64,000 nt of DNA from Paraspadella gotoi (taxonomy: Eukaryota; Animalia; Chaetognatha): the NCBI GenBank assembly GCA_051294375.1, contig CM119269.1, positions 7,293,590 through 7,357,589 of the forward strand. Reading direction: 5' to 3'. The notes beneath the pieces are model-generated. The model was not told where the DNA came from, did not search any database, and saw nothing but the letters and a program-made list of their open reading frames with translations. Below, in pieces: positions 26,401 to 39,550 of the stretch (its first letter is position 1; each line of letters opens with the position of its first letter). Position numbers and translations under genes: made by a program.

Positions 26401-27022
26401 TACATTGTCTGTAATGTTTTCATTGTTTATTGTAACTGCTCGCCAATGATGCTAAACATCGACAATTTCGAAGACTCGAAACAAACAAATACTTTGATGG
26501 GAACAGACGACAGCGAAATAACACAGACACAACGAAATCGAATTCGTCAGAAACAACGAGTAACAATCTGCAAACTGGCAGAAAACCTTTGGCGATAATT
26601 TGAGACAAAACAGAACAACATAAAAATTTTCGACCAAAACACCAGAAACAATTGGGACGGCAGGAAAACAAAAAAAAGAAATGATCGTACCGCAATAGAA
26701 AAACATTGGCCACTTGCCAGTTTGCGATTTCTAGTAGGGAATATGTCAATTTCGAAGTTTTCAAAGTAAAGTTATATATTATATACTATATTATAAATAT
26801 AGTTATAATTTCGACGTACGCGCCGTGAAAATATTACGATCGCAAGCTGGTGATCAACTCAATACTATCGAAAACTCGAGTAAAACTACATCTGTACGAA
26901 CTTGAAATAGCACACCGAAAATTGGCCGACAGCCTAAAATGAACACTCTTCGAGCATCCTCCACAGGACCGAAAATGTATATATATATATATATAATGTG
27001 CGTCCAAAAAAACAAAAAAAAA
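23428..27022. repeat. Large inverted repeat 1, right arm
   Basis: Reverse complement of 19803-23202 with frequent 1-nt indels. It is gap-free where the left arm has N gaps. Confidence 0.95.
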
Positions 27023-27129
27023 ACACATAACAAAAAACCAGAATCGTGGAGAGAAAACGAGCGAAAACGAAAACAGATATCGCCGTCGGAGGAGAGAGAG
27101 AGAGAGAGAGAGAGAGGAGAGGAGAGAGA

Positions 27130-27184
<55 letters not shown>

Positions 27185-30100
27185 AACAGATTCGCCGTCG
27201 GAAAGCAGAGAAAGAGAGAGAGACAGACGAGAGAGAGAAAGAAGAGAGAATAAAAAGTGGGCGGCGAGGGCCAGAATGAGTTCCACCTTCCGGCCCGCTC
27301 GGAGGCCATCTTTTAACGGACGGGTCGGCCGTCGACCTCATTTGCATATCGGAGTTTGCGTTGATTGGCTTTCCCCCGAGTTGCGGTTTCGCTCGTCGGA
27401 GAAATAGAAATCGCCCGACGCGAATGATCCGGTGGCCGGTGGGGGGGGCGCACAGACGCATCAGTTCACATCCGACCACTGGAAAAATTCCTACCACCTC
27501 CGTTACCCTCCTACCTAATGCCTTGGATCTAGCCGCCATCAGCACCCACTCCACCTGTTTCAAATTACTTTGATTAAATAAAATTGTCGTAATGGCCGAG
27601 AGTTAGGATTCTTAATTTGAAGTCTACTTGACTTTTTAATTCTTATTTTAAAGAAAAAATGTCAAAATTTTTTCTCTGATCACAATCCTTTTCATCCTGG
27701 TACAATATTTTAAGCCAATGAAAAAATGTTTTTATATAAAAATGCCTTTGTATAAAAAGTTATCAGTTATTATCTATTACTACTGCAGCGATATGTAAAT
27801 AGGATAATTAATTAGTACTTTGAGATGGGCTCGTTTTCAATTTTGTTAAAAATCTATAATAAAAATGGGAAATCCAAAACTAACTTTTTAATGAGAAGCT
27901 ATAATCTTAATTATAATACAAATAAAACTGAAAATCTCTTTTACAAGCTGCGAATTGGAAAAATTGGACAAAATTTCCAATTGTAACAATTGTAACATAT
28001 TTTGTTGCCTTCTTTTAATTCTTTTAAATTATATATAATATATATGTTGTTTCTTATTCTGCAAACGAGTTCTGCTCTGTAGTGACGTGTACAGCGGGCC
28101 TCCCAGCACTGTCCTAGCTTTGTCTCTCCTGGTTTCTCTCTCCATCTGGTCTTTCTGTCTCTCTCTCTCTGTACGATCGTTGTTTTTGAAAAATTCATTA
28201 TTATTCTTTCCTTCTAAAATACTTTTAATTATCGCCATTTTTTTTCTCAATACAAAACCCAACTTTACATCCGAGATTTTTGGAAATTCATTTGTAGAAA
28301 AGGGAAAAATAACTTATAATTGCAAGGATAATGTCACATGTACATCAACTTGTGTGAACAGGTAGAGCGATACCTGCTATAGTAATCACGGCATGCGCGG
28401 ATTAATATAAATAATATATAATCATAAAAAATATAACAATCTAAACTTCATTCAAGATTACAATTTAAGATGAGGAAATAAAATTTTATTTTAAAATAAG
28501 TAAAAAAAATATTTGGGCAAAGTCAAAAATATCATAGTCGTTTAACTGATTATTGTCAACTATATATTTTTGTTAATAGAGATTATACATTTTTTGATCG
28601 TTATTATTGAAAATAGTTTAGCTTTATACCGAACGAGTTTTCTTTTCATACAATCAATATCAATTCTCATTACCATTTTCAATAATATGCAAAAAAAATT
28701 ACGGTTCTTCAAACTCATTTTGAACTAGATGAAGCAAAAGACTTCAGTCCTTATTTCAATTGCAAAAAAAATAGAAAGTTAATTGATGCTTAATCACACT
28801 CTAATCAAAAAATTTTTATTTTTATCAGCGCCAACTTTTTTTCTCTAAGACGACAAATCCCAAATTTAATTTCCGACGATTTTCGTGAATTTTTTTTTTC
28901 CTTCTATAAAAACTTTTATTATTCATTTTTTATTCTCTCTATATTTCTCTCTCAATCAACTCCTCTCTCTCGTCTCTCGTCTCTCCTCTTCTTTCTTTTC
29001 TCCTCTCTCTCTAACATTAACTCATCACGTCAATGAATGACAGCATCGCATCAAAATGAATGACTATCCATCGCATCAATGATGACTATCAATCGTATCA
29101 ATCGAATGAGTTATCAGTCCGATTCAATGAAGCGAACTATCATCGCATCCATCATTTGTTACATCGCATCAAAATCCTTCGGTTATCATCGCATCAATAT
29201 TTGTTATCATGCGCATCAATATTCGTGTTAATCATCAAAAGTAGGCTTCGAATCCCTATTGAATTTTAACGATTTTCTTTTTCAAGGCGCTGCAGCTTTT
29301 CTGAATGCGTTAAGAAACGAGTTTAGGCTCTCTCTCTCTCTCACGTCTCTTCTGTCTCTCTCTTTGTGTGTCTGTCTCTCTTGTAACGTATCGTTCGTTT
29401 TTTGAAGAATTATGATTATTTTTTCCTCGTTTCCGATCAGATTTTTTGGCACTATTCGCGGCTAATGTCCCCGTTACCGGTCTTTTCATTGTTATTGGCT
29501 CATTATTGCCCCAAACGGCAAACAGGTTATCAATCAACATTTCATCATGTGGTATCATCCATACCAATTGTTTTTCGTATTTTCAAGCCTACTTAAATTA
29601 ACCACGAAGTGTTAATTAATATCGTCAAGATTATTTTGGAAATTCAGTAGTTCTACGATAATAATCGGGCAATTTTAAAGATAAATACTCATGCCCAAGA
29701 CATATATTGTACGCGAATACTTTTATCTGGGGGGAGTGCAGCAAGTATCCCTAGCACGCAATTAATTATTTATTAATCCTCTTAATTTTTTCGATGGATT
29801 CTGAATAGAAGCATAAAAGTGAAACAAGGCAAACGACCGACGATAAATGGCGAAGACAAGGACCATTACACCTATAAAACAATTAATGATTCGACTATAT
29901 AGATAAGATTAATTGATAAATAAATGTATTGATGAATATATTAATTAATAGATAAATGTAATTGATTGACTTGATTGAATTGATTGATTAATTGACTGAT
30001 TATTTAATTATTGCTTAATAATTTAACTAATTGATTAATTAACATGATTCATTATTAATTAATACATCTTGGCATTTACCATTATAATATAAAAGGAACA

Positions 30101-30493
30101 AGTTTGAAGCAAACCAGTGTCGGATCTGCCTACAATAATTTAGCGGCTTAAAGCAGCTAACCAGAATAGATCATAAGTCATCGTAACGTCTTTTAAAATT
30201 GTGATCATCACATATGTACACAAGATAATAACATAGAATCTGGCAGATAGAAGGACAGGAAAGTTGCCCAACAAGACAGGTTGTTCATTTCCTTTATCCC
30301 TCTACCTTCTCTCTTCTCTCCGACCTCTCTCTCTCTCTTTTTCTTCATGTCTCGCTTTCTCTCTGTCTCTCTTTTGCTCTCTCATCTCGACGCCATCATT
30401 ACTACTGTGTCCATCGCAATTTAGGTCCATGTTTTCCGGGTCTCACCACTCTTCTGTGTGGCAACATTCTCCTTCTCTGCCGCCTCTCTCGCT

Positions 30494-30532
<39 letters not shown>

Positions 30533-31237
30533 CTCTCTCGTCCTTCCTCTCAATGTTATGCAAGGCTTCGTACTGGCACGAGCCCGAAACATGTCCGTTA
30601 ATGAAAACTTTGTTGTTAAAAGATTTCGTCTTTATCTTATACTCTTCTGACTAATAACAAAAAATTTTCGTAGTTCATTTTCATTTTAATAAATTTCTTG
30701 TGATTTGCAGGAGTTCTGGCAGACGCTTTATGATCTCGCTTCAACAACTTCAAAACGGAGGATACCGGAGGAACCCATCATAAACAAGACCAAATATCAA
30801 CTTAATAAACATAGTCAGATTTCCGCGTCCGGCGATAGAAACCGCGACATAACAACGAGGAACTGCGCGAAGTGGATTGGATTTTCCTTGCCAATCCGAT
30901 AGTACTTTTCTCTTATATAATTCTACTGAAGATTCTCTTTGAGATGCCCGAGTCACGGGAAAAAATCATTTCCTCTGAAGTAAAACAGGAAATCGAGAAA
31001 TGGAATTAATACTGAGGACTCTCAAACCTAATCCTAGTTCGTTAAATATACATAAATATAATCTGGTCTGATTAAACAGTCCTGAACGAGCCCACTCAAA
31101 GACAAGAGTCCAAATCGCTTAAGATTTAGAAAAACAAATTTTTTAAAGCAATCTTTTTTATAATATTGCTTGGTTTTAAATTAATTTGATGTGAATCTAA
31201 ACATTCATTAGCTTATTTGTAAAGAGAAATGGATATA
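27023..31237 (+). repeat. Direct duplication, copy 2 (partner 15557-19777)
   Basis: See copy 1. Confidence 0.95.
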
Positions 31238-31620
31238 NNNNNNNNNNNNNNNNNNNNNNNNNTGAAAAGAGGAATTAATTGTTGGGGGAATATTTTTATT
31301 TGTGGTAGTTCTAAAACGAGGCATTAAATTTTGATCGAAAAACTGAGTACATTTCAATTGGTTGATGCATTACAATGAAACAAGTAGAATATGTGGCAAG
31401 ACTGATAAGGTTATCGTTGCATACATTGCATTTAAATTAAAACCACTTCTTTTATCAATTCTTGTATTCAAATTTGACTCCTCACCTCTTTTTTTAAATA
31501 CCTTTAGGGACAAATTTTTTATTTCATTTTTAAATTAAGAGTTTTAGTTAAAAAACGTTGAATTGTTGTTACGTCAGTCCATCTCATTTCATTGTCGTTG
31601 AAGGCTTAAATGAAAGAGAA

Positions 31621-31732
<112 letters not shown>

Positions 31733-33726
31733 GCCCTTTCCCGCCCTTTGTGTTCGTCCGTCGGAAAGTGTTTGTCGCCTCTTAGAATCCCAGTTTAGTT
31801 GACTGGGAAGAAGAAAAAAAAGGGAAAAAAGGATAACAAAAAAAATAGAAAAAGAATGACATTCTGATGACATTCTGATGACATTCGACGGATATTTTGA
31901 AATTATAAAAAATTTAAAAAAGGCGAAATGTTTAGGAATAAAAAAAATCTATTTTTATTACTTTTTTTTGCCTTTTTTTTTGAACATTCAATGCTTTAAT
32001 CTCGCCATTTTAGATTTACGTTTTGTCGGGCGAATCCGACAAAAAAACGTTTTTTGAAAGTTGAAAACCAAAAAGAAGAGCAAGGGTCGAGCCACGCCCT
32101 CTTGGTCAGTCGGTCATCGGCGGTGGCGTTTGTTGTGGTCAAGCGTTGTCCGCTCGTTCGTCGGGTTGACGACCTCTGAAAGGCGACCGACCAGAGTCGA
32201 TCTTTGGCCGACGAACGACTGACCGACCTCGCCCTTTGATTAATGGGGTCGAGTGAATGGGCGGGAGTGGAAGGGAGGGCGGGAGTGTTGTGAAGAGGAA
32301 GAATTGTGATTGTGAAACTTTTGTTGTCATTTTGGGTTTTTTTTTTCTCGTTTTCATTTTTTTTTTAACATTTCGTCTCTGTTCTCGTCATCCTCATCGT
32401 CGTCGTCGTCGTCGTCGTCGTTGTTGTCGATGTTAAACCAAATCGATCACGAAATACAAAAAATTAACCAAGACGACGAAGACGACGACGTCGGCGGTGA
32501 CGACGACAATGACGACGACAATGAAGACGACGTCTCATGACGCATCTTTTCTCTTTCGTCCTAAGTTTTCTCGGCTCTGAATTTCGAGCCACAAAATTTT
32601 CATCTTCCACTGCACACTCGGTTTTAACTTCATTTTGAATCGAAAGACATATTTAAATTTGAATTTAAATTTGAATATTTTTCCCCGCGTCCGTATATCT
32701 ATCTATCTATTTTTATACTGATTTTTGCAACTGGTTTTAAATGCTTTATAACGGCATTTTAGAATTTTTAATTTCAAACGAGACTGACTTAAAACCAGCT
32801 AAGAAAACTGCCGAAGAGACTGCCGTTTAAACGAGTTTAAATATTAGCTAACTCGCCTTCAAACCCCCCGTGCACTTTTTCTCAATTCTCGTTTCCTTTT
32901 CAGGTTTTCCGTATAATTCTCTCACTTCCACAAAGTTCGTTGGCAAATCGTCCGAAAAACTTTCCTTTCCTTCCTTTTCTTCCTCCCCCTTTCCTTTTAC
33001 CTCTTTTCTCCTTTTCTTCTTCCCCCTTTCCTTTTACCTCTTTTCTCCTTTTCTCCTTCCTCTCTATTTCCTTCCTTCGGTTCCCATATCTGCTTACCCC
33101 TTCCACATTTCCTCTTCCCCTTTACCCCTTTTCCCATTTTCGCCCTTTTCCCCTTTTCGCCCTTTTCCCATTTTCGCCCTTTTTCCCTTTTTCTCTTCTC
33201 CCTTTTCCCATTTTCATCTTTTCCCATTTTCCTCTTCTCTCTCTTGACTTTTTCCCTCCTCCCCTTTTCCTCTTCCACCTTTTCCCCTTTTTCACTTTTT
33301 ATTCGTTCTCGTTGTCGAAGTTCGAGTTAAGCGCCGCCGATTTTCCCGCCTTGTTGTTATTGTTGTCGTCGTCGTCGTCGTCGTCATTGTTTGCCACGGG
33401 AATCCGTCGAATTCGATCCCGAGTTCCGAAACCGTGGGAAAGAAATGCAAATTTTGTCGGTAAACAAAATCCATTTTTCTTTTGACTTATCGCGGCGGCC
33501 ATTTTGAATTTCGGGATCGATTTACTTTTTTTTCCTTTTTCTTCCCCTCGCGTTCCTCCACTTTTTTAGCTTTTCTTTTCCTCCACTTTCTTCCATTAAG
33601 TCGTTTTTTTTTTNNNNNNNNNNNNNNNNNNNNNNNNNGTTTGTTTTTTTCACTTCCATTTATATTTCTTTTTCTAACCCTACATTCGCTCTCCGCTTTA
33701 GTTCCCACAATTTCACTATCTTTTAC

Positions 33727-33765
<39 letters not shown>

Positions 33766-33849
33766 CTCTCTTCTCTCCCCCTTTCTCTCTCTCTCTTTCT
33801 TCTCTCTATCCCTCGTGCTCTACCTTTCTCCGTGTGTACTCTCTCTCTG

Positions 33850-36800
33850 CTCCGCTCCCTCTCCTTTCTCTTTTCCTCTCTTCCATTTTCCTCGCTCCTT
33901 TCTCCCTTGGACCCTTTCTTCCTTTCTCTCTTCCTCTCTTTCCTCTCTGTTCTTCTCTTCTTTCCTTCCCTTCCCTCTCTGATCCCTTCCTCCCTTCCGC
34001 TGCGCCTTTCCATGCCTAATTCATCTCCGAAGAAGATGAAAAAGACTTGGGAGTAGAGAGGAAGAATTGGGGCGGGAGGAGGCAGGAGGAGGAGAGGAGG
34101 AGGGAGGAGGAACAAGAGATGCGAGCGGGAATTGGTTGTAACTTTGCCGGTCAGGAAATAGTCGTTGTTTTTTGATTGCTTCATTCATTTCTTCCCGACT
34201 TGGATCTAACTTGAAATCATCGGTTTTCCTACCTTTTTTTTTTATTTTGTTTTGTTGAGATTTATATTTTCTTTTATATTTTGTGGTTGTTTGTTTTAAT
34301 TACTTTTTAATGGGAGTTGGTTTTGAGGCGTTCCTAGTTTAGGGATATGAGCGAAATAAGAAGAGAGAGAAAAGAGAGAGAGAGGAGAGAACGAGACAGT
34401 ATAAGAGATGAGAGAGAGTGAGATATGGAGAGAGAGACGAGAGAGATGAGAGCGACGAAGATGAGACGAGAGGGACGGAGCGCGAATGAAGGTGGGCTTG
34501 CGGCTCGTTTTTATAGAGGCAATAAATAAGACATCAAAAAACAGGAATAGACACTAAAAGTCTAAAAGCTTCAGAGCTGAGTTAATTTAGCTCCTTCCAA
34601 CAATGGCTTCGTCGTATGAGAGCTGACTGTAGAGATGACTGAGATATTGATATGAGAGAGAGAGAGAGAGAGAAAATACGAGGGAGAGGAAATATTTATA
34701 GCACGCGATAGAATAATAGTGTGGAGTATTGATGATGGAACAAAAAATAAAAAATGAGAACAGGAAGAGGAGGAGGAGGAGGAGAATATGGTGCGTACGC
34801 GCATCGAAGTACAAAGAACATAAAGCACGGTAGAAGGAGAATAATGGGAACAGCACTAACTGGATGCGTGCATCAGAAGAAAATATTGAAAGAGAATGAT
34901 GGGGGAAGAATGAGAGCTGCCGCAGTCAATAAAATGGAGGAGAGAGAGAGAGGGATCTGGGAGATGGGTAAAGAGAAGCTGAGAAGGAAGGTAAAAATGA
35001 ACTTAATCGGAAAATGAGTCGGTCTGTATATGAGTTGCTACATTGGAATTTTGGGATAGTGGGTCGCGTTCCGTTTTTTCGTTCTAGGTTAATTTTTTTG
35101 TTTGTCTATAGTAATCCTGTTATCTAAAATATGAGATTTTCTTTAGATCCATTAACCCCGCAATATTACTTGTTAGCTATCTATACTCTCTCTTTCTCTT
35201 TCCATTTTCCTCCCTCCTTTCTTCCCTTTCTCCCTTTCTTCCCTTTCCTCTCTTCCTCTCTTTTTTTCCTCTCTTTCATTCCTCCCTTCCTCTCTTTCTT
35301 TCCTCCCTTCCTATCTTTTTTTCCTCCCTTCCTCCCTTCCCCTTGCGCCTTTCCATGCCAATTCATCTCCGAAGAAGATGAAAAAAGACTGGGGAATATA
35401 GAGAGGAAGAATTGGGGGGTAGGAGAAGGAGGAGGAGGAAGAGGAGGAAGAGGATGGAGCAGAATTGTGTTAAACGTTGCCGTCAGGAAATGTCGTTGTT
35501 TTTTGATTGCTTCATTCATTTCTTCGACTTGGAGCAAAATTTCCGTAAAAAATATTTTAACATCGGTTTTCCTACCTTTTTTTTTTATTTTTGTTTTTGT
35601 TAGATTTATATTTTTATTTATATTTTTTGTTGTTTGTTGTTTTGTAATTTTCTACTTTTATAATGGAGTTTGGTTTTTGGAATGGGGCTTTTCGTTTCAC
35701 CAGTTTAGAGAATAGCAGATGAGCGGAAGATAAAGAAAGACGGAGAGAGAGAGAGAGACTGCGAGAGAGACGATCGAGACGATGGCGGAGAGATAGAGAG
35801 AGAGATGATAGAGAGATGGCACGAGAGATGAGGAGATGGGCAGAGAAATCGCAGACGACGACACCGCCAGCACACGCACTAAGGCGCAACACACAATAAA
35901 CGCCTCCTCCGATCCGAGGCATACGACCTCCATACCGCATTGACGACGCCTCGCGGAGAGAACCGCAATCAAGACACACCCGTCCCCGCAAGAGATGAGA
36001 GACAAGAGTCGCGATCCCGACGCGCGGGACACACATCATGCAAGCGGACCGGAGCGCGAACTGAGTGGGCTTGCGGCTGTTTTTGATAGAGGCAAATCAA
36101 ATAAGACATCAAAAAACAGAATAGACACTAAAAGTCTAAAAGCTTTTCAACGAGCTGAGTCCAATTAGCTCCTTTCCAACAATGGCGGACGTGACGTTGA
36201 GAGTGACTGAGAGATGATGAGAATGAGTGGATGAGAGAGAGAGAGAGAGAGATGAGAGCTAAGAAGAGAGAGAGAGAGAGATGAAGAGAGAGAAATGACG
36301 AAGGGTGAAGAGGAAATATGATTAAAGGGAAAAAAAGTAAGATTTGAGTGAGCGTGGAAAGAGAAAAAATGAGAAGGGCGAAGGAGGAGGTAGAGGAGGA
36401 GGCAGGAAGAGGAGGAGGAGGAGGAGGAAGAAGAAAAGAAGAGGACGGCATCGTCAGTAGTTATCAAAAGAACAAATATTAAGAGGGAGGAAGGGGAGAA
36501 TAAATGCGGAAAGACAAACTGGGCATCAGAAAAAAAAAAGAGAAAGAGATAAGGAAAGAAATTCTTCCATTTCATTCAATAAAAGAGAGAGACAGAGAGA
36601 GAGAGAGAGAGAGGGAGAGGGAGAGAGAGAGATTTTCTGAGAAGGAAGGAAAGATAATGACTTAATCGGAAAACTGAGTCGGTCTGCAGAGGAGATAAGG
36701 GAAGTTGTACATTGGATCTTTTTTGGAAGGAAATGTTGGTTTCGCGGTTCCGTTTTTCGTTCTGGTTTATTTGTTTTGTTTGTTTTTTCTTTTGTTATCG

Positions 36801-36893
36801 TTTAATTCTTGTTTGTTTTTTAGAACCTAAAAGATTTATTTTTTTTATTTTTCTTTTTTAGATCCATTAACCCCGCAATATTTACTTGTTAGC
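33850..36893 (+). repeat. Imperfect tandem duplication, units ~33850-35178 and ~35180-36893
   Basis: Shared anchors: gcgcctttccatgcc-aattcatctccgaagaagatg (34002 / 35345), taagacatcaaaaaacag (34528 / 36102), tagatccattaaccccgcaatatt (35144 / 36859). Confidence 0.85.
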
Positions 36894-36962
36894 AAACTAT
36901 TTTAATGCACTATTACTTATTACCAAGTGTGTTAAAAATAGATATTTTAAAGTATATATATT

Positions 36963-37097
36963 TTTAAGGAAACAAATAGTTTATTGGCAACAACAATTTT
37001 TTATTATAGACGCTGATGAAGGCTCAAATTGTAGGCCGAAACATGTTCGTCTATAATTAAAAATTGTTGTTGCTAATAAACTATTCGTCTCCTTAAA
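36963..37097. repeat. 50-bp imperfect inverted repeat extending stem I of the hammerhead
   Basis: 36963-37012 tttaaggaaacaaatagtttattggcaacaacaattttttattatagacg vs reverse complement of 37048-37097 tttaaggagacgaatagtttattagcaacaacaatttttaattatagacg (4 differences). Confidence 0.92.
37005..37055 (+). ncRNA. Minimal type I hammerhead ribozyme (Penelope-like element type)
   Basis: Stem I TATAGACG (37005-12) / CGTCTATA (37048-55); core CTGATGA (37013-19) plus A; stem II GGCT...GGCC; GAAAC (37038-42); palindromic minimal stem III ACATGT; GUU triplet; AATAAA at 37075-80. Confidence 0.8.
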
Positions 37098-38920
37098 CCA
37101 CAAACACAACAAAAAAGAAAGAATTTACGCACATAGTATGTATATAAAATATATTATATATTTTTGCAAAAATGGTGTAATAACCGTGTTTGCGCTGCCT
37201 CTGCTTTCCAGACTTATTTTACAAATGGCGACGATTGAGGTTTCAAAAGTTGTTTATTTATCGAAGTTAAAACAGGCGAGAAGTTAAAAGCAAATTTCCA
37301 GAATTGTTTGTAAACAATCCAAATAAACATTAAAAATTTCGGTTTAAAGGTAAATAAACGGTCTTAAAACCGTTTCGCGACGTCGTAATCTTTTAAAATT
37401 TATAAAATTCCAAATCTAACATCTAAAATAACCCAATGATTGCCTCGGCAACCCTTTTTCCTTCTTCTTTCAATATCGTCGTCGCGACTCCCCATCACGA
37501 AATTTGAGAAACCTTGAACCAAGATATTTTCATTCCCAATTCGTCGGACGTTGAGCCGTCTCCCCTTACGGCGACGCTCGCCACCCGCCGATACAAACCG
37601 AGTTGTTGAGCATTCCGACCGTAAATATAAAGGTGCGAGAGTTTCGAGTCCCGGAGCTTTCTTTTTATGTAACCATCACATTGTCCCAGAATTGTTCGGG
37701 AAGCGTACGGCTTATCAAAAGGAGAGTATCCACATACATTCCTTAACTTTTTTGATTTAAAAAAAAAATAAAAGATTCTGCAATCATAAATGTATCCAGT
37801 TTATTAGCTTGGAGTTCTTCAGATAGTTCTTGACGGACCTACTGCATTATTTTTTTTCTGTGGGAATTTTCAATTTTTTCGAATCTTCACTTATCTTGAC
37901 AGTTCCTTGTTTGTTTGTTTGGTTTTGTTTGTTTGTTTCTTTTCTTTTCAGAGTTTTTTTATTGTGCTTCTCTTTGTTGTTTTGTTCTGATGCTCATCTT
38001 TTTATTCCTTTCGTCATTGGTACAAATTTTTTTTTATTTAAACTTGAACTTCATTTGAAATCGATTTTTGCTTTATATGCTTCTTTCTCTTGTTCATTCG
38101 ACTCTTTTTTTTTTTTTTTTCTTGCCTGTATTATTAATCATTAACTCCCTTTTTTGCCTTTTGTTCATTCTCCATCTCCGCGCAAATTTTGCCTCTTTTT
38201 TTTTCGGTTGTCGACTTGGAAAAAAGAAGTTCCAATCTGGGCTTCATTCTGCGCCTCCAGCCTGCGGTCCTCATTTCCGCCTTCGCACTCAAGAATTCGC
38301 AAACCGAATTAACCCAGACCAAAATTTGACGCTTTTCCGCCATTTTTTTTTTCTTTTTTTTCCTTCTCTCTTTTTCTATTTCTTTTTCTTCTTTTTCTTT
38401 TCCCCGATTTCCTCAGCTTCAACTTTCTTTTTCTTTTCTTCCCTGGATTATTTCTTTTGAATATTTTTTTTTGTTCGGCTCAAATTATCCTTCGTCTTTG
38501 TCTAAAAATATCACTTTAATATTTCTATATTTGTTATTTCCAACTATTTTTCTCGTACCAATATTACTTCTTGTCTTTTCTTCTTTTTCCTATTTCCATT
38601 TTTCTTAGTCTTCCTCGAACTTTCTTCTTTATTCCTCTCTTTTCTCTTATTTTCTTTCCTCTCTCTTCCCAACCATCTTCTTCTTTCTCTACTTCTTTTC
38701 TTTTCTTCTATCTTCCTCCCCCTACCCCCTATTCTTCCCCCCCTACCCCTCTCCCCCTCCCCCTTCCTCCTCCATCAAAGTCTTAAGCCCCGAAAAAAAA
38801 TTGATTTTCGAATCTGAGAATTAATTTTCCAAAGTGCGAACATTTTCTGCTTTCAACCCAATTGCTTTCCTTTTTTGGCAATGGTAAGGCGGAAGAGGAG
38901 AGTGAGGCGGGAGGTGAGGG

Positions 38921-38925
38921 CGGCG

Positions 38926-38984
<59 letters not shown>
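38921..38984. repeat. (GGC)n trinucleotide repeat; shorter (GCC)n at 39581-39609
   Basis: Direct reading. Confidence 0.95.
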
Positions 38985-39317
38985 AGTTTGAGCAGCTATA
39001 CGATGATTGAAAACGTTTTAGTGATTGAAATGAAGATTCAATATTCTGATTATTATCATTATTATTATTAATATTCTCAATTTTCTCAACCCAGGATAAC
39101 TGGTTCCAATTTCCAAACTACCTTTTTACATCCTACGTACTTGTAAATTAGGCGCTGAGTGGACTCATAACAACAATCCAAAACTTTTCTTGCACCCTTT
39201 AACCCCACTGCTACGGATAGTAGGCTTAAAACCAAGCTTGGGGGGGCACTAGGCTATTTATAGGATGAACCCGGCAGTGAGCAATGCCCGCTGTATATAT
39301 ATACGTTTATATGTTCA

Positions 39318-39550
39318 TATGTTTATTCATACGCCTCGGCCCCTTTTATCAGTGCTAAGCGAAAATGTTTCAACGTAGATAGAGTATCTTCTCCATCGGC
39401 AAAAAAGAAGTGTACTATGATAAATATGGAACTCTACAGTCTACACGGTCGGATAAATAACGAACGCGTTACCGTAGTTAAGTATGCGCATACGTTGAAA
39501 CATTTTCGCTTAGCACGGATAAAAGGGGCCGAGGCGTATGAATAAACATA
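39318..39550. mobile_element. MITE-like element with ~60-bp terminal inverted repeats and a possible TA target duplication
   Basis: 39318-39377 tatgtttattcatacgcctcggccccttttatcagtgctaagcgaaaatgtttcaacgta is the reverse complement of 39491-39550 with one mismatch. The interior is ~113 bp and non-coding. Confidence 0.75.
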
